Shown here one piece after another: positions 1 through 9,400 of a DNA stretch of 64,000 nucleotides. Below the pieces are notes generated by a model. It was not told the DNA's origin. It did not search any database and saw only the letters and a list, made by a program, of their open reading frames with translations. The translations under genes and the position numbers were made by a program. The DNA is from a virus: IMG/VR virus record IMGVR_UViG_3300006750_000006, positions 3,446 through 67,445 of that record, one strand, 5' to 3'. Every line of letters begins with the position of its first letter. The stretch's first letter is position 1.

Positions 1-19
1 AGAGAAAAGAGGATGTTAA

Positions 20-421
20 ATGAATAAATATATTTTAGGGTTAAGTATAGTACTTAATGGGATACTATTGATAGTACTATTTGGTTTAGTGCCTTTTTTA
101 CTGTATTTGAGCACACTTATTAATATCTTTTTTGTTTGGTTTATCATAAAAAATCTTAACGAGATGGATGACATAAGAGAAGATTTACTTTATAATTTGG
201 AATCGATTGAGTCTTTTTCTGATCATTTAGACCAATTACATGAAATGGAGGCATTTTATGGAGATCAGACATTGCAAGATTTAATTGGCCACTCTAGAAG
301 AGTAATTAACGATATAGTGGATTTACAAGAAAAATATTATGATGTTGAAACAGGAATAGAAACATATGACAATGATAATGAAGAAACCGAAGAGGAAGAG
401 ACGACCGAGGCGCAAGAATGA
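20..421 (+). CDS. Hypothetical membrane protein
   Basis: N-terminal hydrophobic segments (YILGLSIVLNGILLIVLFGLVPFLLYL..FFVWFII), then a coiled-coil and an acidic tail. GAGG upstream. Confidence 0.7.
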   Translation: MNKYILGLSIVLNGILLIVLFGLVPFLLYLSTLINIFFVWFIIKNLNEMDDIREDLLYNLESIESFSDHLDQLHEMEAFYGDQTLQDLIGHSRRVINDIVDLQEKYYDVETGIETYDNDNEETEEEETTEAQE

Positions 422-1079
422 ATATTTTACTAAAGTACACGAGAAAGCAGTAATAGACTACGCGTTATCGGATAGTAAAGCAGTACGAACCACTCTTTAT
501 GTTGAACTCCTGGCACCAGCTTTCAACGAGCTGGTTGATAAAATTGTTTATACCTATAAATTTAATAATCTCCCCAATATAGATTATTTAAAAGACGACT
601 GTAAAATTTGGCTAATGACAATTTTGGATAAATATGATCCAGAAAGAAAGTCAAAAGCCTTTTCATATTTTAGTGTTATAACTAAAAATTGGTTTATTCA
701 CCAAGTAAAGCAAAATTCTAAAAAATTAAAGAGAGATGTTCAGTATGAAAACTTGGGAGCAGACTCGACAAGAAAAGAATTAATAGTACACAATGAATAC
801 GAACAAAACAGAGAACAAGCAGAATTTTGGTTACACTTGTGGAAAGAAATGGAAAGTTGGCAAAAATTAAAACTCAAAGAAAGTGAAAAAAAAGTATTAG
901 ACGCAATAAAAATTCTTTTTGAAAGTGTGGACGAAATTGAAATTTTTAATAAAAAAGCTATTTATCTATACATGCGAGAAATAACTGGCATGAATACAAA
1001 ACAAATTGTTAATAATTTGAATCGTATTAGAAAAAGATATAGGAATTTTAAAAGCGAATGGGTAAAAGGAAACGTTTAG
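366..1079 (+). CDS. Phage RNA polymerase sigma-like factor (T4 gp55-type late sigma)
   Basis: YFTKVHEKAV N-terminus and KYDPERKSKAFSYFSVITKNWFI, matching the sigma region 2 motif of gp55-like factors. C-terminal HTH-like YMREITGMNTKQIVNNLNRIRKRY. Confidence 0.75.
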   Translation: MTMIMKKPKRKRRPRRKNEYFTKVHEKAVIDYALSDSKAVRTTLYVELLAPAFNELVDKIVYTYKFNNLPNIDYLKDDCKIWLMTILDKYDPERKSKAFSYFSVITKNWFIHQVKQNSKKLKRDVQYENLGADSTRKELIVHNEYEQNREQAEFWLHLWKEMESWQKLKLKESEKKVLDAIKILFESVDEIEIFNKKAIYLYMREITGMNTKQIVNNLNRIRKRYRNFKSEWVKGNV

Positions 1080-1357
1080 AATCACAAGAATATGTTGAGG
1101 AGGCAATTGCCAATATCAGAGACGATAGGGCAATTGCTTCGACTTTACTTATTGACTTGATGAAAGTTCTAAAGGAAGATACAGCAAAACATCAATATTC
1201 TGGGCCCGTAGCAGCAAAATATCTAGAAACCTTACAGAGATCAAATGAACAACTGGTAAAATTAGCCTCTTTATTGGCTAAAAAAGAAAATGTCGATAGC
1301 AGCTTATCTTCAGTTGATAAATCTGAAATATATGATTTAATTAACGAAGATAATTAA
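1058..1357 (+). CDS. Hypothetical helical protein
   Basis: 99-aa ORF overlapping the end of the sigma gene. No recognisable motif. Confidence 0.65.
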   Translation: MGKRKRLESQEYVEEAIANIRDDRAIASTLLIDLMKVLKEDTAKHQYSGPVAAKYLETLQRSNEQLVKLASLLAKKENVDSSLSSVDKSEIYDLINEDN

Positions 1358-1368
1358 GGATTAAATAA

Positions 1369-4300
1369 GTGGGAACAAAACCATGGAAAGTACATGAGGG
1401 ATTCAGTGGCCACGAGTTTAACCCTCTTAGCGATTTTGCTTACACTGAAGCTTACAATAGTGACGTCCCAATAACTGATTTAGTTGCTAGGCTTTTTAAA
1501 GATAAATATGAATACGATCTATTGTCTAGTACCGGTACTGGTCCTCACTTAGCAGTAGTTCTTAAAGTTTTATCTGGCCCACAAGCAAAAACCCACTCAC
1601 CAAATATTATTACAAAAAGCCTGCTTAAGGCACCTGAGGCTCTTTCCCTGTTAGATAACTCGGCGCGCCTAAGATTAAAGCCTGGACCAGTAAGAGTGAT
1701 AGCAAAAGTTCCCAATATTCACCAGATGCCATGGCCATCAGGTATAGAAGATGAATTTGGTATTTCTTTGTTTCCAGAGTTTGTTGCTTCAAAACAAATA
1801 GAACATGATTCTGCCATGGCAAAGATCACAGAGGGCGCCCTGGTCTGGGTTGATCTTTCAGCCCCGACTTCTAAAACTGGTATACTTATTGGCTTACATG
1901 ATACGAATTTTATAGCCAAAATAGAAGAAGCCAAATCAGCTTCAAAAGCATTTGATGATACATGTACGCTTCCTAAAGTGTGCGCACCATCGGAAGTAGA
2001 AAATTTATATGCCGGCTCAACTTCACATAAATTTAAGTTGACGGGGCCCCCTATTCGAAAAGTAAAGGGAAAGATTAAAACTGGTATGTATGGTGACGGC
2101 TTTGAGCAAACAAAATCACATTTTGATGAGTGTTTGAAACATGCTGGTATCTCTTTTAAGCATAGTATTGCCGGCCCAACACCAGATTCAAAAAATGCTT
2201 TTGTTTGGGTTGGCCATTTAAATGGCAATGGCGCCAATGATCTTGTTGATCGTCCACCTGGTCCTGGGCGCGAAACAATTATTTATGCTTCAAAAACACT
2301 GGACATAACGTCTCCGATCGAAATAAAATATTATTTTCATGATATTGCCGGCTTTGGTTTCCCCTGGATCAACGGTCCAGAAACAACAGTAGCAGAGGCT
2401 AAAAGTAGTGCGAAGATAGCTAATAATGATTTAAGAATGAAAGTAGCAGCAAATTTAAAAGACCTAATACGTGATGGTCGTAATTTTGTTCTTGTCATAC
2501 CGGAAATGCTGTATTCAAGGGGGTTTGGAACAAAACTAGGAGATGTAAAAAGAATAAAAAATTACACAAAATGTTCAACAGTTCCCCGGGGCGAAACTAC
2601 AAAAATTGATTTGATTAGGACAAATATGGAGTCCGTCGCGAATAGAAAAGCAATTCCAGTGATTAAAGATTATCTAGACAGTATATCTGATAATAAAATA
2701 TCAGGATTTATAGAAAAAGAAAGAGTTATCAAGACGTTTGTTGATAGTGGAGATTTAAATATATTTCACAACGAGATTATTGAAGTATTACAACAATATA
2801 TATATAAAAATATAGCAGAAAATATTGAATATGTTTCGATTTTGGCAGAAGGGGCTGGCGCGCTCTCTCTTGCCGGATCGTTGCCTTTGGTTTATGATAT
2901 TCCCCTCAACAGGATAGATTTTGTTCCGAATGGTTTTGATGAGGTGGACAGATATTCATTTTTTGATTATAGTAATATATCTGAACCAGAAGCAGAAGTA
3001 TTGCGCAATATACCGTCATACGTTCTTTATAAATTGTTTATAGAACCAAGTGCAAAAAAAGATTTAGAATTTAATTATATTGTCGATGATGCAGCATCTT
3101 TTATTCCATTAGATTTCGGTGGCGGCCCGGGCTCCAAACACTTTTTTGACCTCTTAGGGAGAGAAACAGAGTTTGTTAAAAATTTCAAGCAAGGGGGCTC
3201 TGGTGCCGAAAAGAAATTCGATTTTTGGGTCAATAATAATATAAATAATAATACCTCTATATCCTGTTACGTCGGCGGCAAAAAAAGACTTGATTATACT
3301 TTTAGTATGATAAATAAAATAAATGCGCCTCATAAATCTGATACTATTCCAAAAGTGGGAATGGATTATGTTCCCAATCATGCTCAAAATATTTCAGCTA
3401 AACAAAAATCTGCAGCAGCTAGCAATTATAATATAAAAATAGAACAATATAAAAAGAAGGCGGCCAAATTCGAAGAAATGTTGTTCGCTCTCGCTACCGG
3501 GGGATTAAATAGTTTATGCAAGATATCCAAATATAAAGTTTATTGTACAGATATTGGTTCAAATTCTTATATATTAAAATATGGTGAAGAATCTATGTTT
3601 CACAGGCTTTATAATAATTATTTGCATGCTAAAATAGAAATTCCAAAATTAGAACAATTGAAAGAAGGACATGTAATTTTAGTTGAGGCCGGCAAGGATA
3701 AAGTTCTTATTGACACGCGTCTTAAAGAATATGAAGATTTATTAAAAACAATAAAAGCCAACCTTGAGCCAGCTAAAGCTGAATTAGCAAAATTACAAAT
3801 TTTTAAACCTGGCTTTTTCAATTCAGCTCAAACTGTAGGTACTTTAGGAACTATTTCAAGCGCCTCCGATCTTGTGGGCCGCCAAAATGCAGTAGAAGAT
3901 ATAATTAAGAGATTAAAAGGCAAACAAAAATCAGCAAATCCCGATTGTTCTTTACCTGAAAAGTGCAGATCCAAACCAACACCCTTGGGTGAATTCAGTA
4001 GCGCCGGCGTTGAACTTCTAGAGCCTAGTCTTTTCAACTGCGAGGGCTCTCGTGTTCAGGTAGTTAAAAAATTTGATATATTAAGTGAGTGGATTCCTTA
4101 TTATCCCAAAAAAGATGATTTTACTTTTGAGGGCCAAACCAGCGTATATGGCAAAACTTCTTCTAAAAAAGTAGATATGAAAACAAAGGTTCCAGATTTT
4201 AAAACTGCCACCTTCAAATATAAAGTACGACGTGGCAGGGGAGTTGTCAGAGAAGAAACAAGTCCACCAGTATGGTCATGCGTTGCACCTATTTTTAAAG

Positions 4301-5079
4301 AAGCGTACGCCGCGGCCTGTGAGGCATCAAATTATATACCTTTTAAAATTGCAAGTGGCATAAAAAATGGTTATGCTGAGTCTGGCACGTTTGTATCTTC
4401 ATACGGATTATCAATCAATATCGATCCCTTCATCGCGCCGTACACTAGATCTATTATGAGTCATAGTGTTTTTACTGGCGCCTGGACTCCCGGGATAGGT
4501 GATGATGAATTTTTAACTTTTATGGGAGTTTTTAAGCTCGGCGCCGAATTTAACGCTAAAAATATGTATGACCGCGTTCCAAATTATCTTCCTGGAGTAG
4601 ATGTTCACGGCGAGGTAACGCATGGCAATTTACAGTCTCTTGGTTGGCGAAGAAAAATGGAGAATTTAAATGGTAACTCCGCCCAGGGAATCCCAACTGC
4701 AGAAACTCCAGCTGCAGCAGAATTAGAAAAATATTTAGTAAACCAGAAATTGGCTGGCCAGTGCAAAGGAAATTATATTGTGCCACCAGACGCCAATCCA
4801 ACATTATGGGCAATTGTGTTTTGCGAAAAATCCGGTGCGAAATGGGGGAATAGTCAATTTCTGAAACGAAAACAAAATGGTGGTGTCTGGACAAACGCTG
4901 AGAAAAGATTTATAGCTGATAAATATGGCATTGACAATGTTGTTGGGAGGGTGAGAAATATTTCGTGGCCTGTCAATACTTTTGATAATCATAGTTATTT
5001 TCAATTTTGGTCCGGACCGCCCCTTGTTCCTTGGGATCATATTAAAAAAATAGCGGAAGCAAAAGGTATAAACCAGTAG
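1369..5079 (+). CDS. Baseplate hub-like protein (gp5 N-terminal OB-like region) with degenerate alpha/beta-hydrolase-like and peptidase M15-like domains
   Basis: GTG start after AAGGA. HLAVVLKV..RVIAKVPNIH..GALVWVD resembles a gp5 OB-fold. The middle has YYFHD..RNFVLVIPE..ILAEGAG and the C-terminus has SSYGLSINIDP..GAKWG..DNHSYFQF. Lies directly before the spike gene. Confidence 0.5.
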   Translation: MGTKPWKVHEGFSGHEFNPLSDFAYTEAYNSDVPITDLVARLFKDKYEYDLLSSTGTGPHLAVVLKVLSGPQAKTHSPNIITKSLLKAPEALSLLDNSARLRLKPGPVRVIAKVPNIHQMPWPSGIEDEFGISLFPEFVASKQIEHDSAMAKITEGALVWVDLSAPTSKTGILIGLHDTNFIAKIEEAKSASKAFDDTCTLPKVCAPSEVENLYAGSTSHKFKLTGPPIRKVKGKIKTGMYGDGFEQTKSHFDECLKHAGISFKHSIAGPTPDSKNAFVWVGHLNGNGANDLVDRPPGPGRETIIYASKTLDITSPIEIKYYFHDIAGFGFPWINGPETTVAEAKSSAKIANNDLRMKVAANLKDLIRDGRNFVLVIPEMLYSRGFGTKLGDVKRIKNYTKCSTVPRGETTKIDLIRTNMESVANRKAIPVIKDYLDSISDNKISGFIEKERVIKTFVDSGDLNIFHNEIIEVLQQYIYKNIAENIEYVSILAEGAGALSLAGSLPLVYDIPLNRIDFVPNGFDEVDRYSFFDYSNISEPEAEVLRNIPSYVLYKLFIEPSAKKDLEFNYIVDDAASFIPLDFGGGPGSKHFFDLLGRETEFVKNFKQGGSGAEKKFDFWVNNNINNNTSISCYVGGKKRLDYTFSMINKINAPHKSDTIPKVGMDYVPNHAQNISAKQKSAAASNYNIKIEQYKKKAAKFEEMLFALATGGLNSLCKISKYKVYCTDIGSNSYILKYGEESMFHRLYNNYLHAKIEIPKLEQLKEGHVILVEAGKDKVLIDTRLKEYEDLLKTIKANLEPAKAELAKLQIFKPGFFNSAQTVGTLGTISSASDLVGRQNAVEDIIKRLKGKQKSANPDCSLPEKCRSKPTPLGEFSSAGVELLEPSLFNCEGSRVQVVKKFDILSEWIPYYPKKDDFTFEGQTSVYGKTSSKKVDMKTKVPDFKTATFKYKVRRGRGVVREETSPPVWSCVAPIFKEAYAAACEASNYIPFKIASGIKNGYAESGTFVSSYGLSINIDPFIAPYTRSIMSHSVFTGAWTPGIGDDEFLTFMGVFKLGAEFNAKNMYDRVPNYLPGVDVHGEVTHGNLQSLGWRRKMENLNGNSAQGIPTAETPAAAELEKYLVNQKLAGQCKGNYIVPPDANPTLWAIVFCEKSGAKWGNSQFLKRKQNGGVWTNAEKRFIADKYGIDNVVGRVRNISWPVNTFDNHSYFQFWSGPPLVPWDHIKKIAEAKGINQ

Positions 5080-5088
5080 GATAGTACA

Positions 5089-6432
5089 TTGTCAAAAAAT
5101 ATTGTAACAACAAATAAAACAGTACCAACTAATAATGGGCTTACAACTTATTATACAACGTACGTCATCGAAACTAAATCTGATGGTTCCACTACTGAAA
5201 CAGTTGCAGAATCAACATCAGATTATAAAGAGGCACAGGAGAACTATCAACAAGCTTTGGGCGAAAATCCCGGTGCTACTGTAAATGGCGAAGCCCGGTC
5301 GACAGCAGATCCTTTTAACGATGGCACTATGCCGTCGCCAGTCGGCGCGAAATATGACTATTATGATTTAGATACAAAATTAGAATCAGACTTGCTTTCA
5401 ACGCCCACTACTAAATTTAGTGACGCTGGCGTAGTAAAAATGGATGATTTTAGCTTCAGCTCCGGAGAGACTTTTCTTACGCCTGGCGGAACTTCCACTA
5501 TAACGAAAAAAGCGTATGATTTAAGCGGTGTATCTGATGCTTTTCGATCGGATATTGAAGCTCTCGATCGAAAACAACGCGCAGAACTTTTTGTCCATGG
5601 GGCTTTTGGTACTTCGAATCCACAAGCTGAAATTAATAGGCTTGCAACTCCCAGCCAAAAAGAAACAAGGAGTGGCAATGCATTTATAATTTGCGGGCCC
5701 GATACCACTGGCCATCACGCGAGCGGCTATGGTGGGAAAGCACATACTCAGTGTGATTCGATACTTCTGACGGCCGGGATGGGGGGTTCTGAGCCAAAAC
5801 AGTCCAATGAAGATGGTGAGCTGGTATATACTAATCCTAATTTTTTTGTAGATGCGGCCATGATATACATATCACAAAAAACCGATACAGATACTAATTT
5901 TGCAATTGGAAAGGAGGAAAATTATGATAAATCCGAAGGCAAGTCGGGTATTATTGTAAAAGCAGATCATGTCCGCCTCGTCGGCCGGGAAAGTTTAAGA
6001 TTGATAACCAACACAGACACAAAAAATTCGCAAGGTGGTGATATCCATAGTTGGAATGGTATTTGGCTGATGGCGAATAATGATGAGGACGAGTTGCAAC
6101 CTATGGTAAAAGGTGATAATCTTGTCGACGCTTTAGAAAAAATGAGCGATCATCTTAAACAATTAACTAAGTTTTTTCATAGTTACATTCGACATCAACA
6201 AGCATACAATCGTGCAATCGCCACACATCAGCATTTTTCACCGTTTTTTGCAATCAACACAACGCCCTCTGCAGATCTTCCACCGGAAGCAATCAAAAAT
6301 GCCATTAAGACGATGTCTGGTACAGAATTATCGGTTTTAAAAAGCTTAAATAATTATGCTGGCTTTAAAAAGAACTTCTTGATGGAACACGGGCCATCAT
6401 ATATAAACAGTACATCCAACAAGACTAATTAG
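5089..6432 (+). CDS. Baseplate central spike / gp5 C-terminal-like protein
   Basis: Beta-strand repeats (DAAMIYISQKTD, SGIIVKADHVRLVGRESLRLIT), a QPMVKGDNL motif and a C-terminal HxH (THQH, 6226-6234) typical of metal-tipped puncturing spikes. Confidence 0.6.
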   Translation: MSKNIVTTNKTVPTNNGLTTYYTTYVIETKSDGSTTETVAESTSDYKEAQENYQQALGENPGATVNGEARSTADPFNDGTMPSPVGAKYDYYDLDTKLESDLLSTPTTKFSDAGVVKMDDFSFSSGETFLTPGGTSTITKKAYDLSGVSDAFRSDIEALDRKQRAELFVHGAFGTSNPQAEINRLATPSQKETRSGNAFIICGPDTTGHHASGYGGKAHTQCDSILLTAGMGGSEPKQSNEDGELVYTNPNFFVDAAMIYISQKTDTDTNFAIGKEENYDKSEGKSGIIVKADHVRLVGRESLRLITNTDTKNSQGGDIHSWNGIWLMANNDEDELQPMVKGDNLVDALEKMSDHLKQLTKFFHSYIRHQQAYNRAIATHQHFSPFFAINTTPSADLPPEAIKNAIKTMSGTELSVLKSLNNYAGFKKNFLMEHGPSYINSTSNKTN

Positions 6433-6453
6433 TTATATTAAGGTATATAAATT

Positions 6454-9400
6454 ATGGCTAGCCATATTATTAAAAATTTAAATAAGCCGAACAAATCAAA
6501 AAAGCGTTCTAGTCCGTTTTTGCCAGTTAGGTATTCACCCAGCGAAAATAATCCCAAATTGGAACTTGGATGGGACGATGAAAATTTCTTATTGATAAAC
6601 AATGAGGGCAAATTAGTTAACCCTGAAAAGGAAGATTGCGACGGCATTGAATTGCCTCCAGAGGTCGAAGTAGAAGTTATAGAAATTGTGAATAGTCTTA
6701 CTGGAATCTGGTATGGCTTCGTGTTTACTTCAAATGACGTTCCGACAGAAAAAATTAATTCGTGGACAGCAGATGAAACAAAAGTATTATACGCTCGTCC
6801 TCATTATTTTGAAAAAACAGATAGCGCGCCAGATATTTTAATATCAAATAATTTAACTAAGAAAGAGGCTTCCGACGCAGAATCTGGTTTGCTTGAGGGC
6901 GCCAAATTAATAGCTCCGGATTCTAATTTAAATTGGAAGAAACTTGAGAAATATGATGTTAGATTAGCATATTATAATTTTAATAAGCATAACAGAAAAA
7001 ATATTCCGGAAGATCTTTTAATAATTGATGCAAGTACTATTGAACAAAATCCAACTTTTAGATACTCTGAAGGTTTGTACTATTTTATTGCCGAAGATGG
7101 GAAAAGAAAAACAGCAGAAGAGTTGGGGGTTGAGGGAGATGCGGAAGAATCTCAAGAGACTGCGAAATCAGAAGAAGCGGCAGTATCTGCAGGATCAATA
7201 AAAACAGAAGCTTTCGAAACATTATTGCGATATTTGAATAAGGATATCAGTTCTTCTAATCATAATGTCTTAATAAGAACATTGTTAAAAAATAGATATT
7301 TTGTAAACGTTTCGGAACACGTTACAACAAATTCCTCTAACCCTAAAAATCAAAAAATATTATTTGCGATCTCTGCAAATTATATTGATGGACTTCCTTC
7401 TTCTGATCTAAAATACGGATCAGAATTTGATCCGAATCACGAAGACGATGCCCCATTCGCTAAGGGACGAGACTATGCTTTCTTTATAAAATTAAAGGAC
7501 TTAAGAGGTCAAGTTGATGATTTGGTGGAATCATTTGAGCAGATAAAATCTAAAGTAGAAGAATTTAGACAATCTGGTGGAAAAATAAAAAATCCAAACA
7601 ATATTGATTTTGATGTAGAACAGCAAATAGAGGCTTTAAAGGAATTTCCGGACATAATAGACGAATTCTTAGAACGCCAAGCAGACGCGCTAGTCACGAA
7701 TAGTGATGTCATATCCCGCGCTGCAGCCCAGGGCACAAATACCGATGACGACCATATAATTCAAATAGGCCTTAAAGATAATAATGTTATTGGTGGAAAT
7801 GTTCGTGAAACTATTTCTTATATATTATTTTCGCCAGATAACAAATATTTGTCTAATATAGATAATATTAGTTTATATGAGCTTGACCCCTGGCTTACAA
7901 AAGAAGAAGCTTCCGGCGCCAAAGAATCAAAAAGAAGCGGCATCGATCTTAGAAATGGCCTAAATTGGTTAAGAAGTAAATTTATAGGTACACAGGGCAC
8001 AAGGACTCTTCATTACCTTATGGCCCAAAAGAGCATTATTGGTTTTAATGAGTTAGCCAGCAGTGATGTTAAGCTAAATGAATGGATGAAATTTTTACAA
8101 AATTTTTCGGCACCTCCATTTTTAATACAACTAACAAGAGATAAGAGACGAGAGGAAGAGGCAGGAGATTATGATTGCGTTGAACTTATCGAGGGATTCC
8201 TAGAAAGGGAAAAAAGCGGCGAACCTTTAACTGCTAAGGAAAATAATGAACAACAAAAGATTCTTAAAAACCCCAAGTGTGCAGAGGCTTGGAGAAAGGC
8301 AAAACAAAAAGACACCTCTTCAGCAGACTCTTCTTTATCTAAAAAGGGTCTTTTGGGTACTTCGAAAGTTGTAAAAGGTGTTTCAAAAAGCGCTGGTGAA
8401 CAAAATCTTAAGCTTCTTTACACTGGTTTATTGCACAATTTAGATCCACAAGCTTTATTATCATTATTGATGGCTTGTATACAAAGTCGACTTGGCATAC
8501 CCTTGACAGCAGAGGCTTTATGCGAGGCTGCCATAACAAAATTAATTGAAGATGCGGGAATACAAGAATTTACAAATACAATCATTGAAGCTTTTCCCGA
8601 ACTAGAAGTTGAACTTGGCGAAGCTATTGTAGAGTTAAAGCTAACCAATACAACGGTAAATGAAGATGGGGAAAGAGCGGATATCAATTTTGATGGTGCT
8701 CCTATTGCTGCAGCTCTTTTTTCAAGAGACGACGATCTCGATGCGGCAAACAGTGTTCGTGAGATGGAGCAAAGTGGCGTTTCGATTGATTTAACACCTG
8801 GGACTTTTACCGACGCAGCTACCGGAGGGTCAAAACCATATGCAGAAATTGATATCAATGCGGCCACAAGAAATTTCCTAGAACTAGGTTTCACAGAGGA
8901 AGAAACAAATGCACTTTTAGTGAAGGACGGTTATCTAGAACCAAGCCAGGTGCAATATCAATCTAATTCCGATAACAGAATATTTTCTGAAACAGAAGAT
9001 AGCTACGATAATAGTCCATACGGAAAAGTACAAAATGCTGGTAAATTTGTACAATATTTAAAAAGTCGCATCGGCCTGCATGCTTTATGTGAGGGCATCG
9101 TAGGCCCCTTATTAGAAATGCCAGGTGGATTTTTATCAGATCCCGGGGGTTTTATAAAGCAATTAAGACCTCCGTCACTCAGTATTCCAAAAATAGCTTT
9201 GCCTGATAGTCTTGCGACAGAAGATATGATAGGCGATTTTGGCGATCAGCTACTTAGTGCCCTACTTGGCATGATTGCTTCTATGCTAGGCCAGATATTG
9301 GGTCTTTTGTTAGAAGAATTGATTAGCGCGTGCTTCGAGGAAGATACAGATCTTGGCCGCACCGGGAATTCAAACAATCTGACAAGCGTTCCAATACCTT

